Below, piece by piece: positions 10,339 through 23,250 of a stretch of 64,000 bases of DNA; position 1 is the stretch's first letter, and each line of letters opens with the position of its first letter. Position numbers and translations under genes: made by a program. Source of the stretch: Macrostomum hystrix (lineage: Eukaryota > Animalia > Platyhelminthes); NCBI GenBank assembly GCA_950097015.1, contig CATNEN010000007.1, forward strand, positions 10,912,001 to 10,976,000, given 5' to 3'. A model generated the notes under the pieces. That model did no database searches and was not told where the DNA came from. It saw nothing but the letters and a program-made list of their open reading frames with translations.

Positions 10339-13300
10339 TCACAGGTCTGTGGCGTCGGGCAGCAGGGCCAATTCGCCGTCCTGGCACTCGTAGGTGTCGC
10401 CTGAGCTGCGCGGCCCGGCTGGCTCTAAAGGGATCCAATATAGAGAGCGTCGTGACCTCGTAGGTGACTCTCTGGCGCAGTCCCTGGGTTCCAGGTCTTT
10501 GGTGAAGCACAGACGCAGCTCATACAGGTAAACCTTGTCATTCTGCTGGAGAAATTGATGGCGAAAAACCGACTCAATTTTTACTTATTGTAGTTTTTTG
10601 CTGAATAAATAACTTCATAGAGAGCTGGGAAACAGTTTTTAACTTCATAAAAACTGGGTGCTAATCCAATTGATTAGAAGGCTAGTGAAATTAGTGAGGT
10701 GGCTGTAAGAGTGAGATGGCTGAGGGAGTGAGGTGGCTAAGGGACTGAGATGGCTGAGGGAGCCAGGTGGCTGAAAGAGTGAGATGACTGAGGGAGTGAG
10801 GTGGCTGTAAGAGTGAGATGACTGAGGGAGTGATGTGGCTGAGGAGTGGAGTGGCTGAGGAGTGGAGTGGCTGTAAGAGTGAGGTGGCTGAGGGAGTGAT
10901 GTGGCTGAGGAGTGGGGTGGCTGAAGGATTGAGGTGGCTGAGGGAATGAGGTGGCTGAGGGAGTGAGGTGGCTGAGGGAGTGAGGTGGCTGAGGGAGTGA
11001 GGTGGCTGAGGGAGTGAGGTGGCTGAGGGAGTGAGGTGGCTGAGGGAGTGAGGTGGGTGTAGGATTTAGGTGGCTGGAGGAGTAAATCGTTGGTTTTATG
11101 ACGGTGGATGAGGAGGAGCTGTTGGCAACATCAGTGAAGGCAGGCGTCTACTAAGAAGCCTCACCGTCTTAGCGCAGCGGACCATGGGGTTGAAGCCGAA
11201 GCTCTGGCTGACGGCTTTGCGAATTTTTGAAGCCTGCAAAAAAGGAAAGATTCCGCAGAGATTCGATGTCATCATTGGCAAAACCAAAATAGACTTACAT
11301 AAATCGGAGCTGATCCGGGGCTCAAGCCGCTCTTTCGAAGCATTCTGCAAAGAAAAATATGAGCAAATCTTTTCCCAGAGTGAAGCTGTGAGCACAATGC
11401 TCACCGGCGATGTCTGACAAGGCTACTCACTCGAGCAGGTTGTACCTCTGACTCAGTGAAAGCGCAGCTTTAAAGTACAAGTAGGTGGAGTTGAACCTGG
11501 CGTCGGTGGCCACGCAGGAGCCGTGCTTTGTGAACTCCTGGTGCCTTCAAGTAGATGGCTTATGAGGTCACCATGGAAACAAAGATGGTAAATCCCAAAC
11601 AAAACTGACCCCTCACAAACTCACTCACCAAAACTTCAGCGGGCTGCCGCCCGGATTGAGCAGGTTCATCCAGTACTTCTTCAGCTCATCTTGGATTGGC
11701 TGGAAGGGTGGCATTTATAGGTTAGCTGCAGTCTGGTATCCGACAGTCTCACCTGGCATCCCACTGACTTACCTGGCATCCCACTGACTCACCTGGCATC
11801 CCACTGACTCACCTGGCATCCCACTGACTCACCTGGCATCCCACTGACTCACCTGGCATCCCACTGACTCACCTGGCATCCCACTGACTCACCTGGCATC
11901 CCACCGACTCACCTGGCATCCCACCGACTCACCTGGCATCCCACTGACTCACCTGGCATCCCACCGACTCACCTGGCATCCCACTGTCAGTCCTATAACC
12001 TGAACCATTCAATGACCATCTGCAATCCCATGACCATCTGCAATCCCATGACCATCTGCAATCCCATGACCATCTGCAATCCCATGACCATCTGCAATCC
12101 CATGACCATCTGCAATCCCATGACCATCTGCAATCCCATGACCATCTGCAATCCCATGACCATCTGCAATCCCATGACCATCTGCAATCCCATGACCATC
12201 TGCAATCCCATGACCATCTGCAATCCCATGACCATCTGCAATCCCATGACCATCTGCAATCCCATGACCATCTGCAATCCCATGACCATCTGCAATCCCA
12301 TGACCATCTGCAATCCCATGACCATCTGCAATCCCATGACCATCTGCAATCCCATGACCATCTGCAATCCCATGACCATCTGCAATCCCATGACCATCTG
12401 CAATCCCATGACCATCTGCAATCCCATGACCATCTGCAATCCCATGACCATCTGCAATCCCATGACCATCTGCAATCCCATGACCATCTGCAATCCCATG
12501 ACCATCTGCAATCCCATGACCATCTGCAATCCCATGACCATCTGCAATCCCATGACCATGGCAGGCAGCTCACAGTCAGCTGGGCTGGGTCGAAGGTTGT
12601 GTGGCAGAACATCGGTGGCTTTGACGGGGAGTCGTCCAACTCGGCCCTGCAGATGTGATGGTGGATCGGTATCAGAGCTGCCAGACTTGCTACAAGTCTG
12701 CTCGAAAGATCCCCCCAGACTGCTCACCACAGCCCGTGAATGTTGAACTGGCTCTGCAGCAGCTTCTTGTTCTTGCACTAAGGGATTTAGGGAGATTAAA
12801 GAGCTAATTATCAATACTGCTCACATTCAACTGGGATTCAGACTGCTTATAATCAATTGGGATTCAGATTACCCATAATCAATTGGGATTTAGACTGCTC
12901 ATAATCAAATGGGATTTAGACTGCTCATAATCAAATGGGATTTAGACTGCTCATAATCAAATGGGATTTAGACTGCTCATAATCAAATGGGATTTAGACT
13001 GCTCATAATCAAATGGCATTTAGACTGCTCATAATCAAATGGGATTTAGACTGCTCATAATCAAATGGGATTTAGACTGCTCATAATCAAATGGGATTTA
13101 GACTGCTCATAATCAAATGGGATTCAGACTGCTCATAATCAAATGGGATTTAGACTGCTCATAATCAAATGGGATTCAGACTGCTCATAATCAAATGGGA
13201 TTTAGACTGCTCATAATCAAATGGGATTCAGACTGCTCATAATCAAATGGGATTTAGACTGCTCATAATCAAATGGGATTTAGACTGCTTATAATCAAAT

Positions 13301-16300
13301 GGGATTTAGACTGCTTATAATCAAATGGGATTTAGACTGCTCATAATCAAATGGGATTTAGACTGCTCATAATCAAATGGGATTTAGACTGCTCATAATC
13401 AATTGGGATTTAGACTGCTTATAATCAATTGGGATTCAGATTACCCATAATCAATTGGGATTTAGACTGCTAAAATTAAACTGGGATTTAGACTGCTCAT
13501 AATCAAATGGGATTTAGACTGCTCATAATCAAATGGGATTTAGAATGCTCATAATCAATTGGCATTCAGACTGCTCATAATCAATTGGGATTCAGATTAC
13601 CCATAATCAATTGGGATTTAGACTGCTAAAATTAAACTGGGATTTAGACTGCTCATAATCAAATGGGATTTAGACTGCTCATAATCAAATGGGATTTAGA
13701 CTGCTCATAATCAAATGGGATTTAGACTGCTCATAATCAAATGGGATTTAGACTGCTCATAATCAAATGGGATTTAGACTGCTTATAATCAAATGGGATT
13801 TAGACTGCTCATAATCAAATGGGATTTAGACTGCTCATAATCAAATGGGATTTAGACTGCTTATAATCAATTGGGATTCAGATTACCCATAATCAATTGG
13901 GATTTAGACTGCTAAAATTAAACTGGGATTTAGACTGCTCATAATCAAATGGGATTTAGACTGCTCATAATCAAATGGGATTTAGAATGCTCATAATCAA
14001 TTGGCATTCAGACTGCTCATAATCAATTGGGATTCAGATTACCCATAATCAATTGGGATTTAGACTGCTAAAATTAAACTGGGATTTAGACTGCTCATAA
14101 TCAAATGGGATTTAGACTGCTCATAATCAAATGGGATTTAGACTGCTCATAATCAAATGGGATTTAGACTGCTTATAATCAAATGGGATTTAGACTGCTC
14201 ATAATCAAATGGGATTTAGACTGCTCATAATCAAATGGGATTTAGACTGCTTATAATCAATTGGGATTCAGATTACCCATAATCAATTGGGATTTAGACT
14301 GCTCATAATCAAATGGGATTTAGACTGCTCATAATCAAATGGGATTTAGACTGCTCATAATCAAATGGGATTTAGACTGCTCATAATCAAATGGCATTTA
14401 GACTGCTCATAATCAAATGGGATTTAGACTGCTCATAATCAAATGGGATTTAGACTGCTCATAATCAAATGGGATTTAGACTGCTCATAATCAAATGGGA
14501 TTCAGACTGCTCATAATCAAATGGGATTTAGACTGCTCATAATCAAATGGGATTCAGACTGCTCATAATCAAATGGGATTTAGACTGCTCATAATCAAAT
14601 GGGATTCAGACTGCTCATAATCAAATGGGATTTAGACTGCTCATAATCAAATGGGATTTAGACTGCTTATAATTAAATGGGATTTAGACTGCTTATAATC
14701 AAATGGGATTTAGACTGCTCATAATCAAATGGGATTTAGACTGCTCATAATCAAATGGGATTTAGACTGCTCATAATCAATTGGGATTTAGACTGCTTAT
14801 AATCAATTGGGATTCAGATTACCCATAATCAATTGGGATTTAGACTGCTAAAATTAAACTGGGATTTAGACTGCTCATAATCAAATGGGATTTAGACTGC
14901 TCATAATCAAATGGGATTTAGAATGCTCATAATCAATTGGCATTCAGACTGCTCATAATCAATTGGGATTCAGATTACCCATAATCAATTGGGATTTAGA
15001 CTGCTAAAATTAAACTGGGATTTAGACTGCTCATAATCAAATGGGATTTAGACTGCTCATAATCAAATGGGATTTAGACTGCTCATAATCAAATGGGATT
15101 TAGACTGCTCATAATCAAATGGGATTTAGACTGCTTATAATCAAATGGGATTTAGACTGCTCATAATCAAATGGGATTTAGACTGCTCATAATCAAATGG
15201 GATTTAGACTGCTTATAATCAATTGGGATTCAGATTACCCATAATCAATTGGGATTTAGACTGCTAAAATTAAACTGGGATTTAGACTGCTCATAATCAA
15301 ATGGGATTTAGACTGCTCATAATCAAATGGGATTTAGAATGCTCATAATCAATTGGCATTCAGACTGCTCATAATCAATTGGGATTCAGATTACCCATAA
15401 TCAATTGGGATTTAGACTGCTAAAATTAAACTGGGATTTAGACTGCTCATAATCAAATGGGATTTAGACTGCTCATAATCAAATGGGATTTAGACTGCTC
15501 ATAATCAAATGGGATTTAGACTGCTCATAATCAAATGGGATTTAGACTGCTTATAATCAAATGGGATTTAGACTGCTCATAATCAAATGGGATTTAGACT
15601 GCTCATAATCAAATGGGATTTAGACTGCTTATAATCAATTGGGATTCAGATTACCCATAATCAATTGGAATTTAGACTGCTAAAATTAAACTGGGATTTA
15701 GACTGCTCATAATCAAATGGGATTTAGACTGCTCATAATCAAATGGGATTTAGACTGCTCATAATCAATTGGCATTCAGACTGCTCATAATCAAATGGGA
15801 TTCAGACTGCTCATAATCAAATGGGATTTAGACTGCTCATAATCAAATGGGATTTAGACTGCTCATAATCAAATGGGATTTAGACTGCTCATAATCAAAT
15901 GGGATTTAGACTGCTTATAATCAAATGGGATTTAGACTGCTCATAATCAAATGGGATTTAGACTGCTCATAATCAAATGGGATTTAGACTGCTTATAATC
16001 AATTGGGATTCAGATTACCCATAATCAATTGGGATTTAGACTGCTAAAATTAAACTGGGATTTAGACTGCTCATAATCAAATGGGATTCAGACTGCTCAT
16101 AATCAAATGGGATTTAGACTGCTCATAATCAATTGGCATTCAGACTGCTCATAATCAAATGGGATTCAGACTGCTCATAATCAAATGGGATTTAGACTGC
16201 TCATAATCAAATGGCATTCAGACTGCTGATATACAACTCTGATTTAGACTGCTAATAGTTTAGCACCCATCAGCTGATTTGTCCTGCACAAACGCGCTTA

Positions 16301-16553
16301 CCTCGGTATTAACGGAGCAGAAGGAGAAGGGCCACTCCCTTGTAAGCATGATGAAGTCAAACTTGCTTTCATGAGCTATGTTGAGTCGGGCATCCGCCAC
16401 TGCCAAGGCTGAGCACAGATTCCAGCTCAGGGCGATGAGGCACGCTGCTGTGAGGCTGCAAATATTGAGCTTTAAGCTGTGCGCTTCAAACAACCAAAAT
16501 GCGAATAATACCACAGCAGGCAGGACTTACAGGTGGAGCTGGGACGCACGCAT
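10339..16553 (-). CDS. RNASET2: Ribonuclease T2 family protein, 9 coding exons, signal peptide
   Basis: Exons 16553-16531, 16455-16302, 12777-12728, 12646-12574, 11699-11629, 11544-11431, 11344-11299, 11233-11165, 10545-10339, all GT-AG and phase-consistent. Motifs FDFIMLTREWPFSFC, CAS I FNIHGLW, CAS II FWHQEFTKHGSC, LYELRLCF...DC. Confidence 0.92.
10692..11075. repeat. 17-bp minisatellite (GAGTGAGGTGGCTGAGG) in RNase T2 intron 8
   Basis: Direct inspection, ~20 variable copies. Confidence 0.9.
11748..11987. repeat. 20-bp minisatellite (CTCACCTGGCATCCCACTGA), 12 copies, RNase T2 intron 4
   Basis: ACCTGGCATC recurs every 20 bp from 11751 to 11971. Confidence 0.95.
12012..12558. repeat. Perfect 18-bp minisatellite (ATGACCATCTGCAATCCC), ~30 copies, RNase T2 intron 4
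   Basis: Direct inspection. Confidence 0.97.
12832..16255. repeat. 26-bp satellite (TGGGATTTAGACTGCTCATAATCAAA), ~130 copies with higher-order structure, RNase T2 intron 2
   Basis: 26-bp period. Variant unit GATTACCC recurs at 12867, 13439, 13595, 13881, 14037, 14271, 14817, 14973, 15233, 15389, 15649 and 16013. Confidence 0.97.
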
Positions 16554-19500
16554 GACTGAGCTCACGAACACTTGTCGCCGCGCAAAGGCTTGGCTCACCT
16601 GGCTAGCAAAAGGCAGCTGGACAGGGCTTCGGTAACTTATTTAGTTACACCGCTCTGCACCCAGGCCAGCAGCAGCTTATTGAATAATCGCTGCTGTGTG
16701 ACAGGCACCTGGATGCAGCAGATGCAGAACAGCTGCCGAGTCTGCGAGTCTGTGACAAGCACCCAAGCAAGTCCTGGCTTAACTGAGACAGCGCTGCCAC
16801 CCGCAGCCTTCTTTGGCTAAATATTTATATTTAAAATTTTGCAATTCGTCTCCCTGAGGCCACGAAATATTGTTCAGCATCACAAAGAATGTTGTATCAG
16901 GTAAGCTCTGCGCATCGACCCCCCGTATCTCTGGGCTTGCTGCTTGCTTTGCAGCTGACAAATTCTAGGCAAAACTTATGCCTCGATATTTTGCCTTCGT
17001 GACTGTCGTCATCGTGATGGGTTTGCTCAGCCGCAGCAACAGAAATGCGCAGTCCACACTATACTACTGGCCTCTTACAAGTAGCACATTAAGCATACCG
17101 GGCACACAAGAGCCTTTGAAACTTCAGGCCGCCACAGCCGCAGCCAACGACCGCATTGTGTGCGCATAACGAGACAGAACAAAAGAGAAGCTGCAGGGGA
17201 AAGGGCCAGGGCTGGGGCATGAAAAATAGATGAAGCAAGACAGCCCAGCAGCCTCATCAATCATGCAACAGGAGGCCGCGACGCTTCTCCCCGATCCCCA
17301 CCTGCGTGCTCCCCTTTCCCAGCCGCGCTGCAGCCTATTATGTCAGGAGCGACCTCTCATTTCCAGCATCACAAAAGTGATGGCGCAGGCCGGATGAGAA
17401 TTGTAAGCTGAGGGGATGCCGCCCGCTGGGAAGAGAGGAAGCGGCCCGCATCCGCGCGGCCTGCTACCTCATTCTATTCTTCTCCCACGCCTCTTGAATT
17501 GCCCATTCCACTGGCGTGGCAGTCCCATCGCCGGCAAACAATGGGTGCCAGCAGTGGCTGCAGCAGCAAAGTTTCCCCGTTGAGTGTGCGCTGCGGCCTG
17601 GCCGAGGAGGGGCCACGGGAGCGACAGCTGCTGCGGTCCGCCTTCCGCCTGAGCTCAGTGGCTGCAGGCCAGGAGGATTCTGCCACGCGGGAAACACAAT
17701 GCGGCCGGCCCTACAAACAGGGGAGAATGAGGAGGGTAGGGAGAGGCGCCAAAGACGGAAAGAAGCGAAATGGGACACGGGAGGGCAGGCGAAAAGGCAG
17801 CGAGGGTGGGGAGGGGCAGCAGGGGGCAGCGGAGGCCCCCCAAGTGGCGCGCAGATTGCGAGAAGAAAAAAGCCAGGGCGCGGCACGCGGAGTCGGCGGA
17901 GGGAGGCGACCCGCCGCGCCTTGGGGATTAGCTTTAGAGAAGGTGGGCAAGTAGGAGAGAAGCGAGAAAGAAGGAAAGAGGAAGAAGAGATTTCCGCTGA
18001 TCCGTGGGCTCGGGTGCGGAGCTGATTAGAACCGGCATCCACGGAGACGGCCCGGATCGATTCCAGCGGGCCGCAGCGGGGTTGCCAGTGGGTTGCCAAG
18101 GAAGTCAAGTACCGGGCTGGGGGATGGCTTCCCACTGCGGTGCATTTTTTCACCTCAACAGTTCTGCCTCAAACAGTGCTCAGAGCTAGGTGTGCTCACC
18201 CCTGCCCTGCATTGCCAGTGAGGCGGGCAGTAAGTCGCGCGGGAATCGCGGGGCATTGTTGGTAGGCAGCGGACGAATTGCGTCCCTCCGCTGCGATTTC
18301 GGCTCTGCTCAGCTCAGCTTTGCTCAGCTCAGACGGTTGGGGGCCGAAGCTGACTTGAAAGAAATTTCCCAGCCACGTGGGAAAGTGACAGCCAGGCCCT
18401 TTGCATGCAAGACAAGATCCGGTAGGCGGGGGGAGACAGCCCCGCCCGACTCAAGCGGGCGAGGAGCCACCTGCTCAAACTGCTCAAACTTTCTAACTCA
18501 TTTTTGTACGGCTAGGAGATTTCTACAGTAGTTGCCAACTACTTCTTGCTGCCTCATGGCCCATGGGTTTGAATTCTCCTGATGGACCCGGAATGGACTA
18601 TTCTCACCTGCTCACATCTGCAGCAATGAGAAGCAGGCTATAGTCTGACACTTTCAATTCTTTTTTCACGGTGAAAGAGAAATGCAGACTCCGCACATAT
18701 GCCAGCCACAACGGGCATCTTGCAGGCCCTGTTGCAGAGGCGCGAACGCTGCTCAACATGCCACCCAGCCAGACACCGCAAACACGGCAGAGCCGGGGAG
18801 GTGGCAAGACAGGAGTGGGCGTGAGAGCACTTCTTCTCAATACTCCCTGCTTGCATTCAGTTAAACAGCAGCATTAACAGCCTGAGAAACTGAAAACTAA
18901 GTCGCCATAGCGACAGCCGACGCGACGCGCGGCAGGGCGGCCCACCCCACACCCGCCGCCTCTGGCTGAGTCAATATCGCACGCATGCAGCAACATGCAG
19001 CAGCCTATGCTGGGTCGTTCCCAAGGCTTGGCCTCACTAAATGTTGGAGACAGACAGCGAGAGTCTGAGCCGAGTCGCCGTCCTGAATTGACCCGTTGCC
19101 CCCCTCACACGGCTGGGGCCGGGGACACCCTGCAGAGCCCGTGGCCTCATTCGCCGTGTCGCCCTCCCATTGTGCCAGGGCATTGTGGTTTGAAGTACCT
19201 GAGCAGCATGAGCGCGCAGTCGCCGTAGGGAGAGGCAGTTAAGTTGAGGCTGCTCACCGCTGCTGCATTGTCATGCAGACAGCTGGAGCAGGGCTCAGGG
19301 CCTGAGAGCGCTACACGGCTGGCCTGGACACGCCACAGGCTGACCTGCCCTGTCTTGAGGCTTCTCTCCGTGCGCCTCAGCTTGCTGCTACTCAGCTCAG
19401 CCCAGCCTGCCTGGCCTAGATAAGCAGCGGGCCTGGCTTATTATACCAGCGTGACTGCAGGCTGCATGAGGAAAGTGTGAGTATCCGGCGGAGTAAACAC

Positions 19501-22500
19501 GGCGGGCTCCAAGGCGGCGGTCCTCCTCACCCCTCTGTCCGTTCTTCCGATGCCCAGCACTGCATCTAGCGGAATCGAATGTGCAATGCTCCCCGCAGAA
19601 GGAAGGCTGGTAGAGGTGGTTGGCGGTACATGGGTAGGATTAAGGAGTGGATGAAAGGGTGGTTTTGTATGAGTAAAGGCCAAGCTATTAATAAAGAATG
19701 CTAGTGTTTTCTCCGAAATTCGTTCAGCAGAACAGGATTTAGAGATCCATCGCTGCATGGTCGTGAAGACCCGGTCCAAGCAATCAGATGTACTTCTATT
19801 TTAGCAAACCAGAATGCAAGCTGGCGCAGCCAAGCCTCTCCTGTGCTCCGGGTGGGGGCACTGCTCGTGCTCAGTGAGCTTATGCCAGAGACTGGAGTTT
19901 GAATAATTGATGCGGTAGACCCCCTAACTAGCTAACTAGCATCTGAAAACTGCGGGGAAGTTGGAGGCAGGTCGAGGATGTGACCGGAGTGATCAGCTAT
20001 AAAAATGAGTCATTAGTGAGCAGGCGGGAGCCCAGAGATAGAACAAAGCGCCAGTACTTTCACTGCACGGCCCAATTAGTCTGATGCATTAGCAGTTGCA
20101 GGTGGGTTTAGCGACCGGGGCTTTCCGAAGCCAGGAAGCAGACAACTGCACTATTCCCCAAGCCTGCATCCCCTACCTACATGGAGCAAGGCGGTAGGTG
20201 GAATGTATTTCTCGCCTCACTCTCCCTATCTGCCGCTAATTGCCATAGCAACGGCACTGGGCTGGTACAGGCTAGGAGAGCGGTAGGCGGGAGCCCAGCT
20301 GGCTTGCGTGGACCCGGCAACAAAGTGGCCCAAGAGACGCTAGTCACTGGGTCCCCGCCCCCGCCAGTACCGGCTGAGCCGCAATGAACCCGCATTGTGC
20401 GCGATTACTGCACGGCCCCCGAGTTGCTGGGCCAGTCAGCCCATAGAGCACTGCGCATGAGGGCCTCAGCAACCCGTTACCAAGGCCAAGCAGCCGAAAG
20501 CAGATGGAAGCCCAGGCCTGCCGGTTTCCATGGGGTCGGTAGGTGGGCACTGGGCCTTGGAGACAGGGGGAGGGCTTGGGCAGCTGGGGACAGGAACTCA
20601 GCTCAGGAGTTTGTCTTCTTTTGTCCGATGCAGGTTTGGGCACAATGCCCGCAGGAGATTAGTCAACCTATTTGAGAATTGAGGCCCGGCCGACATTTGC
20701 TAATGCAGCCCAGCCAAGGTTCGCATCGCTAGTTGGCTTGCAACTTATAAGATAAGACTCAAAATGCGATTGTGCTCAACTTTTTCAGTGAGTCTCAATC
20801 TCACCCTGTCAAACCATCCGCAAATGGTTCAGCACCCACACAGAATGAGCATTGCGCAACTGAGCACACATCGCTGTGAGCAGTAAAATTTCCAATATTT
20901 CCTAATATTGCCAGACAGCTCCGACGCGAACCCCACCCCAAAGCCGCTGTCTGGCCGTCTGTGGGACACAATGGCCAGCTCAAGCCCCAGCAAGAAAAGC
21001 CCACAAGTCCGAGCAGACGGACTGCTTAACAAATCGAGGGTCTCCGGCTGCAGCACGCTGCGAGAGTTAGAGAAGGCCCCAGCAACATCAGGTCCTCGAG
21101 ATCGGGTTCTGACAGCTCTCAGCACAAACTCAAATTCGCATCTGTGCTAGTAATGTATGCTCAACAATGCGCCCCACAGATACGGCAGACAATAGCTAAA
21201 GAAATAAAATAACAGGTCTAGCCATGAATGCAAGCTGGAGCAGGTGTAAACACCAGGAGACCAGAGATTGAGAAGCCCCACGCAAGCAGCAGAACAGGGC
21301 ACATTAAAATAATACCTTCCTATTCTGCAGTGACAGCGCCTTAGAAAGGCTTTCCGTTTCTTTTGTTACATATGTTTTTTACGATGAAAAAATAACAAAA
21401 ACAGAACAATAAGCCCGTTGCGGCAGCGCTTTTCACAAACACTGATGTAAAAAACGATATATATTTTAATTAACACCCAGCTCTTACCATACTAGTGTAC
21501 TTTACTTTATTGGGTTCGGTTTCCTCACTAGGGAATTAGGTCGAACGACTCTCACTATCTTGGAAATCTACGCATCAGAGCATTGGGGCATAGCAGGCTC
21601 GGAATCAGCCGAGAACACACCACACAAGTTTCCTCAAATATCCCCAGGCAGTCAAGTCCGCTGGTTATTTACTGATGCATTCGTTAGTTGGTACATTTCA
21701 AACAGTGCGAATAGTTGAATAAAATTGTACTGTTTTAAATAATTTAATTTTAGTTGAGACAACAAAACAGTAAGCAAACAAAGAATGCTCGAGTGAAAGC
21801 ACAAGCAGCTGGGGTAGATGGGATGGGATTGGCGATTGCTCCTCCGCTAGACATCATTACCTGACAGTATTAGACACGTATTGGCTTATAGAGTTCCAAT
21901 AATGCCAGGTAAGACGCCACAGATCGGAGGGTGAGCATAGTCACGAGTATTTTATGCACACATTTCAGCTCAGGGCGGGGCCGCACATAAAGCTAGCGGT
22001 GCGGAAGGATGACACTGATATACGCAAGCAAACACACGCATGGCATGGGACTAGCGCGGCTGAGCACTGCCTAGGTGGCAGTGCATGGACTTACCGGCTC
22101 GGCCGTGTTGGAATGTCTCGCTGGCTAGAGCAATGGAGAGCAGGCAAGGTAAGACAGTTGGGAGAGTCGCTGGTTTAAACGTTAAAGGGAGGAGGAGTGG
22201 GGTGGGCCAGGCGGTGGGGGGGTCGGCCCGGTTTGGGGTAAGGAAGACTAAAGGAGAGAAAGGAAAGAGAAGGGGCGGGGCGCGATTTGGGGTTGGGGCC
22301 CACGCAGCCACCCATGCGCGCGGGCAGATTTTATTGAGCGTGTTAAAGGCTAAGACTAAGGAGTAAAGAGAAGGCCTCGGGCGCGTCTTGTGTATTTTGT
22401 GGCCGCCCCGCGTGTCGCGTGAGTCAGTCAGACAAGGCCCAGGAGGCAGGGGTTGGCAGGCTGGATAAAGGAGAGAAAATGCCTTCACACGGTTGTTTTG

Positions 22501-22942
22501 TTATGTATGGCCAGGCTGGCCTGAGCCGGTGTGGGCGCAGGCGGTAGGGGAAGGGGGACGAAAAAGGAGTATAGAGAAGGCCAACTGTCAACTGCCTTTA
22601 TTCCACAGGCTTGGAATGCTTTTGAGAATGAGAATGCACATAAAACCAGATGCTAGGCCACGGTATGTAGGGCGGATATCAAATTCAGGACAGGGCCTAA
22701 AATGAATTGTGACTTGTGAGAATGGCCCACAATATGATTCAGATAAGAGTTGGGAATAAATTGTAAGTAGTAAGTTGAGCAATGAGCATAAAAAGGTTCC
22801 TAATTTTAGACAAAATTTCTAAACTGAACATTCAGACCTGATATAAAAATGTCTTAACGAATCCTGTGAATCATCTAAAAATTAAAGTATCACTAAAATG
22901 TGCAGTCATGGCAATACCCATGATTACTAAGAATTTCAACCT

Positions 22943-23250
22943 TGGTGTAGGTTGTAGTCTTGTGGTTACATTCTTGGACTTGCAGGTCGGGGGTTTAATT
23001 CATAAATAAAAATACCGAAAAATGATGTCCTTTTAACAAGACACTTCAGTGATCATTTCATCCGGCTGTAAATTGGGTCTACCAGCTTTAGCAAGGCTAA
23101 TAACAATTGAAGGTGAGTGTGGCACCCCATTGAGTCCATGGACTGAACAGAAATATGCACCTTCAGATGTAATAGACAATAGCTGTGCCTAAATCTGCTG
23201 GCTGCACAACTGCAAATTGGGGCAGGTGTAATCAATAATTATCACTATTA
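22943..23250 (+). mobile_element. Degenerate copy of the tRNA-derived SINE at 56042-56304
   Basis: Shares blocks GGTTGTAG..GTGGTTA, GGTCGGGGGTT, CATGGACTGAACAG, CCTTCAGATG, CAATAGCTG and ATTGGGGCAGGTGTAATCAAT with that copy. Confidence 0.7.

Noticed and set aside
12832-16255. CRISPR array or telomeric repeat
   Set aside because: No unique spacers or cas genes; GGGATT is the reverse, not the complement, of TTAGGG.
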